Shown: positions 1-7,598 of the stretch, piece by piece
Layout: each line of letters begins with the position of its first letter
Position numbering within the stretch: position 1 is the first letter of the stretch
Source: an uncultured Calditrichota bacterium
Lineage (GTDB): Bacteria; Calditrichota; Calditrichia; JAJRVZ01
DNA length: 18,054 nt
NCBI GenBank assembly: GCA_964489835.1
Contig: CAZBBC010000044.1
Location: 11,524 to 29,577 of the forward strand
Direction of reading: 5' to 3'
Notes under the pieces: generated by a model
Database searches by the model: none
Seen by the model: the letters and a program-made list of their open reading frames with translations, nothing else
Told to the model about the DNA's origin: nothing
Translations under genes and position numbers: made by a program

Positions 1-63
1 GGCGACGTAACGTCCCTCCTGGCCACCGGAGACCAGCAGTTGGTGGATGCGGAAAGGTTCTGA
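1..63 (+). CDS. 3-prime end of an unidentified plus-strand CDS (translates ...GDVTSLLATGDQQLVDAERF*). It runs off the window edge
   Basis: An open frame runs from the window edge to a TGA at 61-63. It is GC-richer than the flanking intergenic DNA. It is too short to identify. Confidence 0.25.
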   Translation, partial: GDVTSLLATGDQQLVDAERF

Positions 64-219
64 TAAAGCAAGATATTTTGTTTTTCCTATAGAGGAAGCC
101 GAAAAACGTTTCACCAGTAGGAAGATTTCATGATAATTGATACCAAAAAACCCGAACTATCATTTAATTAAAACTCTTTTTATCTAGATAACCAGCATTT
201 GGCCAGCGTTAAATTGTCA

Positions 220-1416
220 CTAACATCCCCCAAGAACTCGTTTCATTTTTTTCTTAACAGGTCCTTTAGATTTGTTGTTTTTGATTAAGACCGGTATCAG
301 TTTTTTGGCTTTTGTTCTGAAACGGTTTGTATATTCTTCATCAATCGTTTTGGGGTTTTCAATCGGTGTAAAATCAATAATTTGCTCCTTAAATTTGTTT
401 AATCCACCTTGTAGAATAAATATTCCTTTAAAACCAAGTTCTGCTGCAACAATCGCCATCTTCCTTTCGCTCATTTCATCATTGGCTACAAAAACTTTTT
501 CTTTATGCTTTATATTCAGAAGTATGTTTGGTTCCTTTTCAAACAGATTGTCAAAGGTAAATAAGGTCGATTTAGGAAGGCTCATTTTTTGATATTCTTG
601 CTCAGATCTAAAATCAAATACTTCCAGTTTATCGCATTCCTGGGATTTTATCAGGCATAAAGCAAATTCATCCGGAGTAAGCGTTTTAATATTATAGGAT
701 CGAACAAAATTTTCATTCTCGACAAGTTGGGCCAGGGATGCCTTCCTTTCCGGGAAAAAAAAAGCCGATGCGGCCAAAAGAATTCCAATAAAGGAGATGC
801 CAACATAATAGGGCGTAAAACGAATTGGCTTTTTTTCGACCCCATTAACTTTATTCTCGACAATTGATGCAACCCAGAATGCACCCAGGGCAAAAACCAC
901 CATTATAAAAGCAAAAATATTCTGTGACACGCCCAGCGTGTCAAAAAAACGCGGAATTCCTAAACTGGAGGCCATATAAAGAGGTTTAAAAACAGGGTAA
1001 CCTTCTGCAAAAATTATTACACCTATAAAAACCCCCACAATAAAAATAAGGGCGTCAATTTTACCAATAGCAGCAGCACAAACACCGGTTCCGGGGCAAA
1101 ATCCCCCGACCACAAATCCGAGACCCATTATAATACCACCAATAATCGCAGACCACAGAAATGTAGGATTAATATAAATTAGGTTGATATCAATTAATCC
1201 ATAATGCGCAAATCCCATAACGCCGATCATTGCCACAATTCCGGCAGTAAAGAAAACGCGCAGGACGGTAAAATCATAACCGTAAAATAGTCCAACCAGT
1301 TTTTTTGAGGTTGAAAATCCGGCCTGCTCTAGAATAGCACCGAATGAAATACCAATGATTAATGCAACAATAAAATTTAAATTATTGCTTATAACATCCG
1401 GAACAAGAGGTCCCAT
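220..1416 (-). CDS. YeeE/YedE-family (TsuA-like) sulfur-compound transporter, second half-domain, fused to a C-terminal rhodanese-like domain that appears to lack the catalytic Cys
   Basis: 398 aa. Polytopic membrane N-terminal part carries the GGFCPGTGVCAAAIG signature typical of the YeeE/YedE (DUF395/Sulf_transp) repeat. The C-terminal ~120 aa has a rhodanese-like pattern (FDFRSEQEY ... KVFVANDEMSERKMAIVAAELGFKGIFILQGGL), with A/N/D where the CxxGxR Cys is expected. There is a 15-nt gap to the upstream half-gene. Confidence 0.75.
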   Translation of the reverse strand: MGPLVPDVISNNLNFIVALIIGISFGAILEQAGFSTSKKLVGLFYGYDFTVLRVFFTAGIVAMIGVMGFAHYGLIDINLIYINPTFLWSAIIGGIIMGLGFVVGGFCPGTGVCAAAIGKIDALIFIVGVFIGVIIFAEGYPVFKPLYMASSLGIPRFFDTLGVSQNIFAFIMVVFALGAFWVASIVENKVNGVEKKPIRFTPYYVGISFIGILLAASAFFFPERKASLAQLVENENFVRSYNIKTLTPDEFALCLIKSQECDKLEVFDFRSEQEYQKMSLPKSTLFTFDNLFEKEPNILLNIKHKEKVFVANDEMSERKMAIVAAELGFKGIFILQGGLNKFKEQIIDFTPIENPKTIDEEYTNRFRTKAKKLIPVLIKNNKSKGPVKKKMKRVLGGC

Positions 1417-1431
1417 AAAGATATCTCCTTC

Positions 1432-1950
1432 TTAAATCCAAAATTTTCTAAAAAAATAGGCGAACATATATGCTCCAGCGAAAATCGCAAACATGGTAAT
1501 TATTCCCCCGGTTGCCATGACCGCCATGCCACTTAATGCGGCGCCGCTGGTACATCCCCTTCCAAGTTGTGCACCGACGCCCCACAGCAGTCCGCCAAAC
1601 AAAGCGCCGGCAATTCGTATTTTTACTGTTGTGTGCGGACCTTTTTCCAAATTAAAATCTAATCTGTTGGAAATTAATCCGGATAAAAACGCACCAATCA
1701 AAACACCTGTAACTTCGAAAACAAGCCAGTTCATTAAAGGACTTCCTGAACCATGGCTTTCTCCATATTCCTTATAAAATTGTGCTGTTGCGGTGTGTGA
1801 AGGAGCAATTGCCTCAACAGTGGCTACGGCATAGCTTTTGATTGCGCCGCTTGCGCCTAAACCCCGGCCGGTAATATAAATAGTCGCAAGTAAAAGGATG
1901 CCCAGCAAAACTCCTGCCAAATAAGGATTCATATACTTTGTGTCTTCCAT
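1432..1950 (-). CDS. YeeE/YedE-family (TsuA-like) transporter, first half-domain
   Basis: 172 aa, about 4 TM segments. Conserved GRGCTSGAALSGMA motif of the first Sulf_transp repeat. It sits directly upstream of the second half-gene on the same strand. Confidence 0.75.
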   Translation of the reverse strand: MEDTKYMNPYLAGVLLGILLLATIYITGRGLGASGAIKSYAVATVEAIAPSHTATAQFYKEYGESHGSGSPLMNWLVFEVTGVLIGAFLSGLISNRLDFNLEKGPHTTVKIRIAGALFGGLLWGVGAQLGRGCTSGAALSGMAVMATGGIITMFAIFAGAYMFAYFFRKFWI

Positions 1951-1984
1951 ATAAACCTCTAATCTGATTTTTGTATTGATAAAT

Positions 1985-2629
1985 TTAATTCACCAACTTC
2001 TTATCTCGTTGATTATCATCATCTTCCAGTTCTTCAAATCCGGTGAGCATTGCCTTTAAATTAGAAGTAACGGTATCTCCGGTTGTTATTAAATACAGAT
2101 GTGTAACAATAAATATAACCAGAAGGATTGCGGCAACTGTGTGAACGATTGCTATAACCTCAAGGGTCTGGATATTTATTGCCTCAATTCCATGTTTTGA
2201 CGGATAACGGTAAAACAAATACAATAAACCGGAGGTAACACTTAAGGGGATGACTAAAATTTTCAAGCCAAAATAAGTGAGCTTTTGCAATGGATTTAGT
2301 TTCGTTAATACAGTTTTCTTCGTTGGGTGAGGCGCATTACGAAAAATTCCAAAGATATAATAGTTAAGCTGTGCTTTAACATTTTCCAGAGTGGGAATAT
2401 ATTGTTTCCATTCACCGGTTGTTAAATGCCAGAAAATTGTAAATACAATCAAACCAATGAACATATATGCTGCGAAATTGTGGTATCTTACTGCATCTCT
2501 GAATCCGAAAAAAGTGTAAGTGCCATGAATCTCAAAGCCGCTGAATGCAAGAAAGAAAATTAGAATCGCCTGCATCCAATGCCAGAACCGTTCAAAACTT
2601 TTATAAATGTAAATTTGGTGTTTACTCAT
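1985..2629 (-). CDS. b-type cytochrome membrane subunit (PF01292 Ni/Fe-hydrogenase/FdhI/PhsC-like di-heme cytochrome b)
   Basis: 214 aa, 4 predicted TM helices. N-terminal RFWHWMQA motif plus conserved His pairs in TM1/TM2 (HWMQAILIFFLAFSGFEIH; HNFAAYMFIGLIVFTIFWH). Its start overlaps the stop of the upstream octaheme cytochrome gene by 4 nt. Confidence 0.65.
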   Translation of the reverse strand: MSKHQIYIYKSFERFWHWMQAILIFFLAFSGFEIHGTYTFFGFRDAVRYHNFAAYMFIGLIVFTIFWHLTTGEWKQYIPTLENVKAQLNYYIFGIFRNAPHPTKKTVLTKLNPLQKLTYFGLKILVIPLSVTSGLLYLFYRYPSKHGIEAINIQTLEVIAIVHTVAAILLVIFIVTHLYLITTGDTVTSNLKAMLTGFEELEDDDNQRDKKLVN

Positions 2630-4203
2630 TTTGTTACCTCTGTCTTTAATTTTCTATAGGAGAGAAATCGTATGACAGCATGTATGAAGACGCCGATTAG
2701 GATTAGGATTAACAACCATTTGCCGGCCTTGTCAACTGGAGTCGAAAAGTCTCTTCCCGGTAAATAAAAATCAGTCAAACCGGCAAGACGGGAATTGTTT
2801 CGGGTATGACATTCATTGCACTGAACAGAATTTTCCTTGCTGGAGACCATGTGATTTACTGGCCAGTACATACCCGTTGTCATAAAGGATACTTTTCCGC
2901 TAAATGGAAGGCCCGATTCTTTCATACCTACTTGAGAAGCAGTGTACCAGTCAAAATCTTTCCAGAACGCGCCCTGACCTTTTTTCTCGGCATATAGTTT
3001 TGGCTGAATTAACATCTTGTTCACCGGATCGAAAGGCTGCCTGGCAAGATGAATTTTAACCGGGATAATTTTGGATTCATCATCCGAATAGGACCCATGA
3101 AGCTGGTTAAGAATAAATAACTTGGTTGTGTCCTGAATGATATCACCTTTAAGATAGTGCGATGCAGTCCCATTAAACCAGATGTATTCGGGTTTGACAT
3201 TTTTCTCCCAGACAAAACTTCCCTTGATGGATAAATAAGAATGATTGCCCATACTGTCTTCTTCCGCATAAGGTTCGCCGTCCTTAAGCCTGCCTGCCGT
3301 TGACCAATCCCAGTACATTTTTGTGGCATTACCCTTTGCAAAAACAGGAATATGACAGGATTGACAAGCCACTTTTAAAGTGTGTTCATTTAGGATATCG
3401 TCTTCATGCGGGGTTTCCGTATGGCATTGTTCACACGTATTGCGATTTAAATTCATTGAAGAAAGGGAATAGACTTTCCCGGATATATTGTGTTGTTCCG
3501 TTGTATGGCAATCTACACATTGTAAATTCATACCTTCTGAGGCCATGTGAATGTCAATATCTTTGGTTGGATCAAACATTGACATTTCCAGATCACCGTG
3601 TTTAACATTGTTGCCACCGCCGCCATAAAAATGGCAAACGCCGCAATTAGTTCGTTTAGGCTCGCCAATATGTTCTGCGATCGTCGTAAAATTTAAAGTT
3701 GAAATGGGTGCGCCACCTTTTTCCTGAGCCTTTGTATAGGTTTCCGTATTATCGTGACAAACCAAACAATCAATATTCAGGCTGTCTGTATAAATCTTCC
3801 CCTTGCTGTCCATACCATACCCAACATGACACTTTGCGCAACTTTTTTCGTTTCCCTTTGTACCGATACAGAAATTATTTATGGCGTTTCTTTTACCAAG
3901 ATAGACGACGCCGCGTCCTTCAACATATTCCTCGCGCTCCCAATTCCAGTGATTGCCATTCATCACTTGTTGGGCAGTCATATTATGGCATGATACGCAC
4001 GCTTTTGTTACTTGTTGTGGGGTGGTAAATTTCTGTTGAAGCACTGCAAATCTACTGTGATTAACAGCAGGCTTTTCTGATTTTGAATATTTCTCTTTAA
4101 GCTTCATCAACACGGTTAGTTCGTAATCTTTTTGTGAAAGCGTGCCAATGGCGATTACAACCAATAAGCCTAAAAAGGCAGAGAGCAATATAAGTTTTTT
4201 CAT
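2626..4203 (-). CDS. Membrane-anchored octaheme c-type cytochrome, OTR/ONR (octaheme tetrathionate / nitrite reductase)-like
   Basis: 525 aa. Eight CxxCH motifs (CVSCH, CAKCH, CLVCH, CGVCH, CVDCH, CEQCH, CQSCH, CNECH). Seven are clustered in the first 290 aa; the eighth follows a ~170-aa insert near the C-terminus, as in OTR-family proteins. N-terminal signal/anchor MKKLILLSAFLGLLVVIAIG and C-terminal TM helix WLLILILIGVFIHAVIRFL. Confidence 0.8.
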   Translation of the reverse strand: MKKLILLSAFLGLLVVIAIGTLSQKDYELTVLMKLKEKYSKSEKPAVNHSRFAVLQQKFTTPQQVTKACVSCHNMTAQQVMNGNHWNWEREEYVEGRGVVYLGKRNAINNFCIGTKGNEKSCAKCHVGYGMDSKGKIYTDSLNIDCLVCHDNTETYTKAQEKGGAPISTLNFTTIAEHIGEPKRTNCGVCHFYGGGGNNVKHGDLEMSMFDPTKDIDIHMASEGMNLQCVDCHTTEQHNISGKVYSLSSMNLNRNTCEQCHTETPHEDDILNEHTLKVACQSCHIPVFAKGNATKMYWDWSTAGRLKDGEPYAEEDSMGNHSYLSIKGSFVWEKNVKPEYIWFNGTASHYLKGDIIQDTTKLFILNQLHGSYSDDESKIIPVKIHLARQPFDPVNKMLIQPKLYAEKKGQGAFWKDFDWYTASQVGMKESGLPFSGKVSFMTTGMYWPVNHMVSSKENSVQCNECHTRNNSRLAGLTDFYLPGRDFSTPVDKAGKWLLILILIGVFIHAVIRFLSYRKLKTEVTK

Positions 4204-4683
4204 ATCCGTCTCTAATTAATTCAACAATGAATAATAGTTTATAGTATAAATTATTTTTCTTCAGGAATTCTCAGAATCAGCTTCTTTGATATTGCAATTC
4301 CGTGTCAATTCGCAGATTAATTCTGTAACGCCTTCATAATCACTGGTTGTTTATACCAGACCTCAAACCTTAATTATTTTAGGGTATAGAATAATAAACA
4401 AAAAATAAATTCGCAATTAATTTTTGCTATCCTGGATACGGTAGGTGCCCTCTGTTCCACAAATGATTATCCTTTTTTCAATTAATAGTTAACTTCGGTG
4501 TATATACCTCAATAATTTCGTAAATTTAATTTAGCGATTCAAAATGATCCGCTTTTAATTTTCTGTCGTTCTAAATATTGTTTGCCAATAATCGTAGAAA
4601 GAAGATAATCATGCTATTTAATAAAAATATTAAAAATGAAATACCAAATTTCGCTGCACTTTTTTCCGGTCAGGGAGGTTCTA
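4204..4683. promoter_or_regulatory. 480-bp AT-rich divergent intergenic region. It carries the promoter(s) of the minus-strand sulfur operon and the promoter plus 5-prime leader of deaD. Candidate sigma70-like promoter TTGCCA-N17-ATAATC at 4582..4610 and SD GGGAGG at 4672..4677
   Basis: No ORF on either strand. Very AT-rich. Hexamers TTGCCA (4582-4587) and ATAATC (4605-4610) are separated by 17 nt. E. coli deaD/csdA is known to have an unusually long 5-prime UTR. Confidence 0.3.
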
Positions 4684-6402
4684 ATGTCTGATGAACGGGG
4701 TTTAGAAAAGGGATTTAACGAGTTAATGTTGTCAAAAGCGGTGCTCAGAGTCCTGGATGATGTGGGCTACGAAACGCCGACACCGATCCAGGCCCAAATG
4801 ATCCCGGAGATTTTAGCCGGAAAGGATGTTGTCGGTCAGGCGCAGACGGGTACCGGAAAAACAGCGGCCTTTGCTTTACCATTGCTGTCGCGCATTAATC
4901 TCAAAACAAAGAATCCGCAGGTTCTGGTGCTGACACCAACCAGGGAATTAGCGATTCAGGTAGCCGAAGCTTTCCAGCGATATGCGGGACATATCAAGGG
5001 TTTTCATGTGTTGCCCATTTATGGCGGACAGGACTATGACAGACAGTTTCGTCGTTTGAAACAAGGCACCCATGTTGTTGTGGGGACACCGGGGAGAGTA
5101 ATGGATCACATCAGGCGTGAAACACTTGATCTCAGCATGTTGAGTTGCCTGGTTCTCGATGAAGCCGATGAAATGCTGCGAATGGGATTTATTGATGATG
5201 TGGAATGGATTCTGGAACAGACACCGGGTGATCGCCAGATCGCGCTTTTTTCGGCAACCATTCCGCCGGCGATCAGAAGAATTGCCCAAAAGTATTTACA
5301 TGACCCGGTTTCAATTACCATAAAAGCGCGAACCGCAACGGTTGAAGCCACGCGTCAACGCTTTTGGATGGTCAGCGGATTTCACAAACTCGATGCACTA
5401 ACACGAATTCTGGAAGCAGAACCTTTTGACGGTGTTCTTGTATTTGTACGAACCAAAACCGCCACTGTTGAACTTTCTGAAAAACTGGAAGCCCGTGGTT
5501 TTCTCTCTGCCCCGCTCAGCGGAGATATTGCCCAAAGACAGAGAGAGCACACAATTGAACGTTTAAAAAATGGTAAACTCAATATTATTGTGGCAACCGA
5601 TGTCGCCGCCAGAGGATTGGACGTTGACCGGATCAGTCATGTCATCAATTATGATATCCCGCATGATACGGAAGCCTATATTCACCGTATTGGTCGTACC
5701 GGACGGGCGGGACGAAGCGGCGAAGCCATATTGTTTGTAGCCCCGCGGGAAAGAAGAATGCTGCATATGATTGAGAAAGCCACGAATCAAAAAATTACGC
5801 TAATGGAATTACCTTCTACAGATATAATAAACGATAAACGGATTGCCCGCTTTCAACAACGTATAACAGATACGCTGGCCGTGGAAGATTTAGGTATGTT
5901 TTATCAGATAGTGGAGCAGTACCAGCAGAAACACAATGTGTCGGCATTGGAGATTGCCGCCGCTCTGGCAAAAATGGTACAGGGGAAAACGCCTTTGTTG
6001 CTGACAAACCAATCCCTAAAAACCAGAGATGACTACGAGGAAAAACCACGAAGACAAAAAGATTTTCCAAAGCACAGTAAAGCAGTGATGAAACCCGAGG
6101 AAGGAATGGTACGCTACCGGATAGAAGTAGGAAACAGGCATAAGATAAAGCCAGGCAACATAGTCGGTGCCATCGCGAACGAAGCAGGAATCGATGCCGA
6201 ATTTATTGGCAAGATAAAAATTTATGACGAATACAGTACCGTGGATCTGCCGGATGGAATTCCGCAGGATATTTTCCGCCTTTTTAAAAATATCCGCGTC
6301 TCCAATCAGAAAATAAATATTTCAAAAATGACGGATGCCCCTGAACAGACTGATGATAAAAAGAAACATAGAACCAAAAAAAGGGGAAAAAAGCGTGTTT
6401 GA
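4684..6402 (+). CDS. deaD: ATP-dependent DEAD-box RNA helicase DeaD/CsdA with C-terminal DbpA-type RNA-binding domain and a basic K/R-rich tail
   Basis: Motifs: Q-motif, AQTGTGKT (Walker A), VLDEADEML (DEAD box), SAT, HRIGRTGRAG. C-terminal DbpA-like beta domain (RYRIEVGNRHKIKPGNIVGAIANEAG...). The ATG at 4684 follows a GGGAGG SD. The frame is also open from 4636, so the start may be 16 codons earlier. Confidence 0.9.
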   Translation: MSDERGLEKGFNELMLSKAVLRVLDDVGYETPTPIQAQMIPEILAGKDVVGQAQTGTGKTAAFALPLLSRINLKTKNPQVLVLTPTRELAIQVAEAFQRYAGHIKGFHVLPIYGGQDYDRQFRRLKQGTHVVVGTPGRVMDHIRRETLDLSMLSCLVLDEADEMLRMGFIDDVEWILEQTPGDRQIALFSATIPPAIRRIAQKYLHDPVSITIKARTATVEATRQRFWMVSGFHKLDALTRILEAEPFDGVLVFVRTKTATVELSEKLEARGFLSAPLSGDIAQRQREHTIERLKNGKLNIIVATDVAARGLDVDRISHVINYDIPHDTEAYIHRIGRTGRAGRSGEAILFVAPRERRMLHMIEKATNQKITLMELPSTDIINDKRIARFQQRITDTLAVEDLGMFYQIVEQYQQKHNVSALEIAAALAKMVQGKTPLLLTNQSLKTRDDYEEKPRRQKDFPKHSKAVMKPEEGMVRYRIEVGNRHKIKPGNIVGAIANEAGIDAEFIGKIKIYDEYSTVDLPDGIPQDIFRLFKNIRVSNQKINISKMTDAPEQTDDKKKHRTKKRGKKRV

Positions 6403-6490
6403 AACCAACCCACCGGGCAGACAAAATTTAACACTATCCGGGAGGCCCTGCGGTAAATTACAGGTTAGGCACTACGCCAGAGATAATAAA

Positions 6491-7351
6491 ATGAATAAAA
6501 AGGGATCACGTTCGAAAATAGAAACAACAAAGAAGCTCGTCGATATTGAATCAAGGGACCGGCTTACTTCGAAGTCAATTAACAAATTAAGCAATAATCC
6601 CAAATTGCTAAAGGAATATCTGGAGTCTTCCCTCACCCATACTTTCTCAGAATTACTGTTTCGGTTAACTTACGAAATATACACCGAAGATAAGGCTATC
6701 AATTTATGGGACCAAATTATCATACACAAAACCAACCTTGAGAATATCTTCGGACGCGATGTTGGTATACTGGTGGCAGCATTGGATTATCTCACAAATG
6801 TTACCGGTGACCTTTCAAGTCCAAAAATCATGGATGATATGCGGATCGAAGAAGCGGCTAATATTGCCACGCGTGATTCATTGACAGGACTATATACGCG
6901 CGGTGTATTTGATTTTTCACTAAGTCGTATGATCGCAGAACACGCCCGGTATGAAAGGCATCTCTCCCTTCTTTTAGCGGACATTGATGATTTCAAGCAA
7001 GTAAATGACCGCTACGGACACCAGGCAGGCGACGAGGTACTGCGCAAAATGGGGAAACTTTTTTTGGATGGCATCCGAGATGCTGATCTCCCAGCTCGTT
7101 ACGGCGGCGAGGAATTTTCCGTCATCCTTCCGGAAACGCCGATCAATCAAGCAGTTGCATTGGCGGAAAGAATACGCAAGAGAGTGTGCCGACATTTTTC
7201 TGAAAAATGCCCACACCTCACGGTGAGCATAGGCGTGTCTTATATTCACAAGCCAGGTATTATCACCGCCCTGCAGCTTATCCATAGCGCTGATAAGACG
7301 TTATATATCGCAAAGCGCTCCGGCAAAAACAAAGTAGAGAGATGTGCCTAA
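6491..7351 (+). CDS. GGDEF-domain diguanylate cyclase with an uncharacterised ~130-aa N-terminal region
   Basis: C-terminal GGDEF domain: DSLTGLYTRGVFD ... RDADLPARYGGEEF, with an intact active site (GGEEF) and an RxxD I-site. The frame is open from 6335, overlapping the deaD 3-prime end. The first ATG after the deaD stop is at 6491. Confidence 0.75.
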   Translation: MNKKGSRSKIETTKKLVDIESRDRLTSKSINKLSNNPKLLKEYLESSLTHTFSELLFRLTYEIYTEDKAINLWDQIIIHKTNLENIFGRDVGILVAALDYLTNVTGDLSSPKIMDDMRIEEAANIATRDSLTGLYTRGVFDFSLSRMIAEHARYERHLSLLLADIDDFKQVNDRYGHQAGDEVLRKMGKLFLDGIRDADLPARYGGEEFSVILPETPINQAVALAERIRKRVCRHFSEKCPHLTVSIGVSYIHKPGIITALQLIHSADKTLYIAKRSGKNKVERCA

Positions 7352-7370
7352 ATTTTTATCGAACCAAAAT

Positions 7371-7434
7371 CGCCCAATCTGAATTCTACGACCAGGTGAC
7401 ACGTGAAAATCGGATGCAATTTCACAATTGGGCG
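7371..7434 (+). other. Long-loop inverted repeat (CGCCCAAT ... ATTGGGCG) containing a nested CAATT-tcac-AATTG hairpin and a CACGTG palindrome, downstream of the GGDEF gene
   Basis: Arms of 8 bp at 7371-7378 and 7427-7434 are read directly from the sequence. The overlapping 64-aa ORF 7342..7536 has no recognisable features. Confidence 0.2.
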
Positions 7435-7598
7435 CTGTACAACCCGCACCACGCAGTGTTTAAACCAAAACGGCTTTCACTGTTTGAACTCCAGACTGCT
7501 CAAATTTTCAGTCATTCAATGTTCTATTCGAGTTAACAAACGGTCCTATGATAGTATTAAACCAATAAACTGCAATTAAAAAGTAAAGGAAAGTTAAA

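Noticed and set aside
2699-2716. Tandem GATTAG x3 repeat
   Set aside because: It lies within the cytochrome gene and simply encodes the LILILI stretch of its C-terminal TM helix. It is not a repeat element.
272-4028. Multiple 60–110-aa ORFs antisense to, or out of frame within, the sulfur-operon genes (272..592, 651..893, 1493..1777, 2806..2997, 3021..3341, 3300..3605, 3699..4028, 3754..3993)
   Set aside because: Each is fully embedded in a longer ORF with clear family motifs. Their translations are low-complexity with no recognisable domains or RBS. They are typical shadow ORFs.
4948-7285. Antisense or overlapping ORFs inside deaD and the GGDEF gene (4948..5289, 5106..5351, 5382..5582, 5563..5790, 5816..6070, 6787..6996, 6974..7285, 7005..7226)
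   Set aside because: They lie within strongly supported coding regions and show no motifs or translation signals.
7342-7536. 64-aa ORF overlapping the GGDEF gene stop
   Set aside because: No SD and no recognisable domain. The region is better explained as a structured non-coding spacer.
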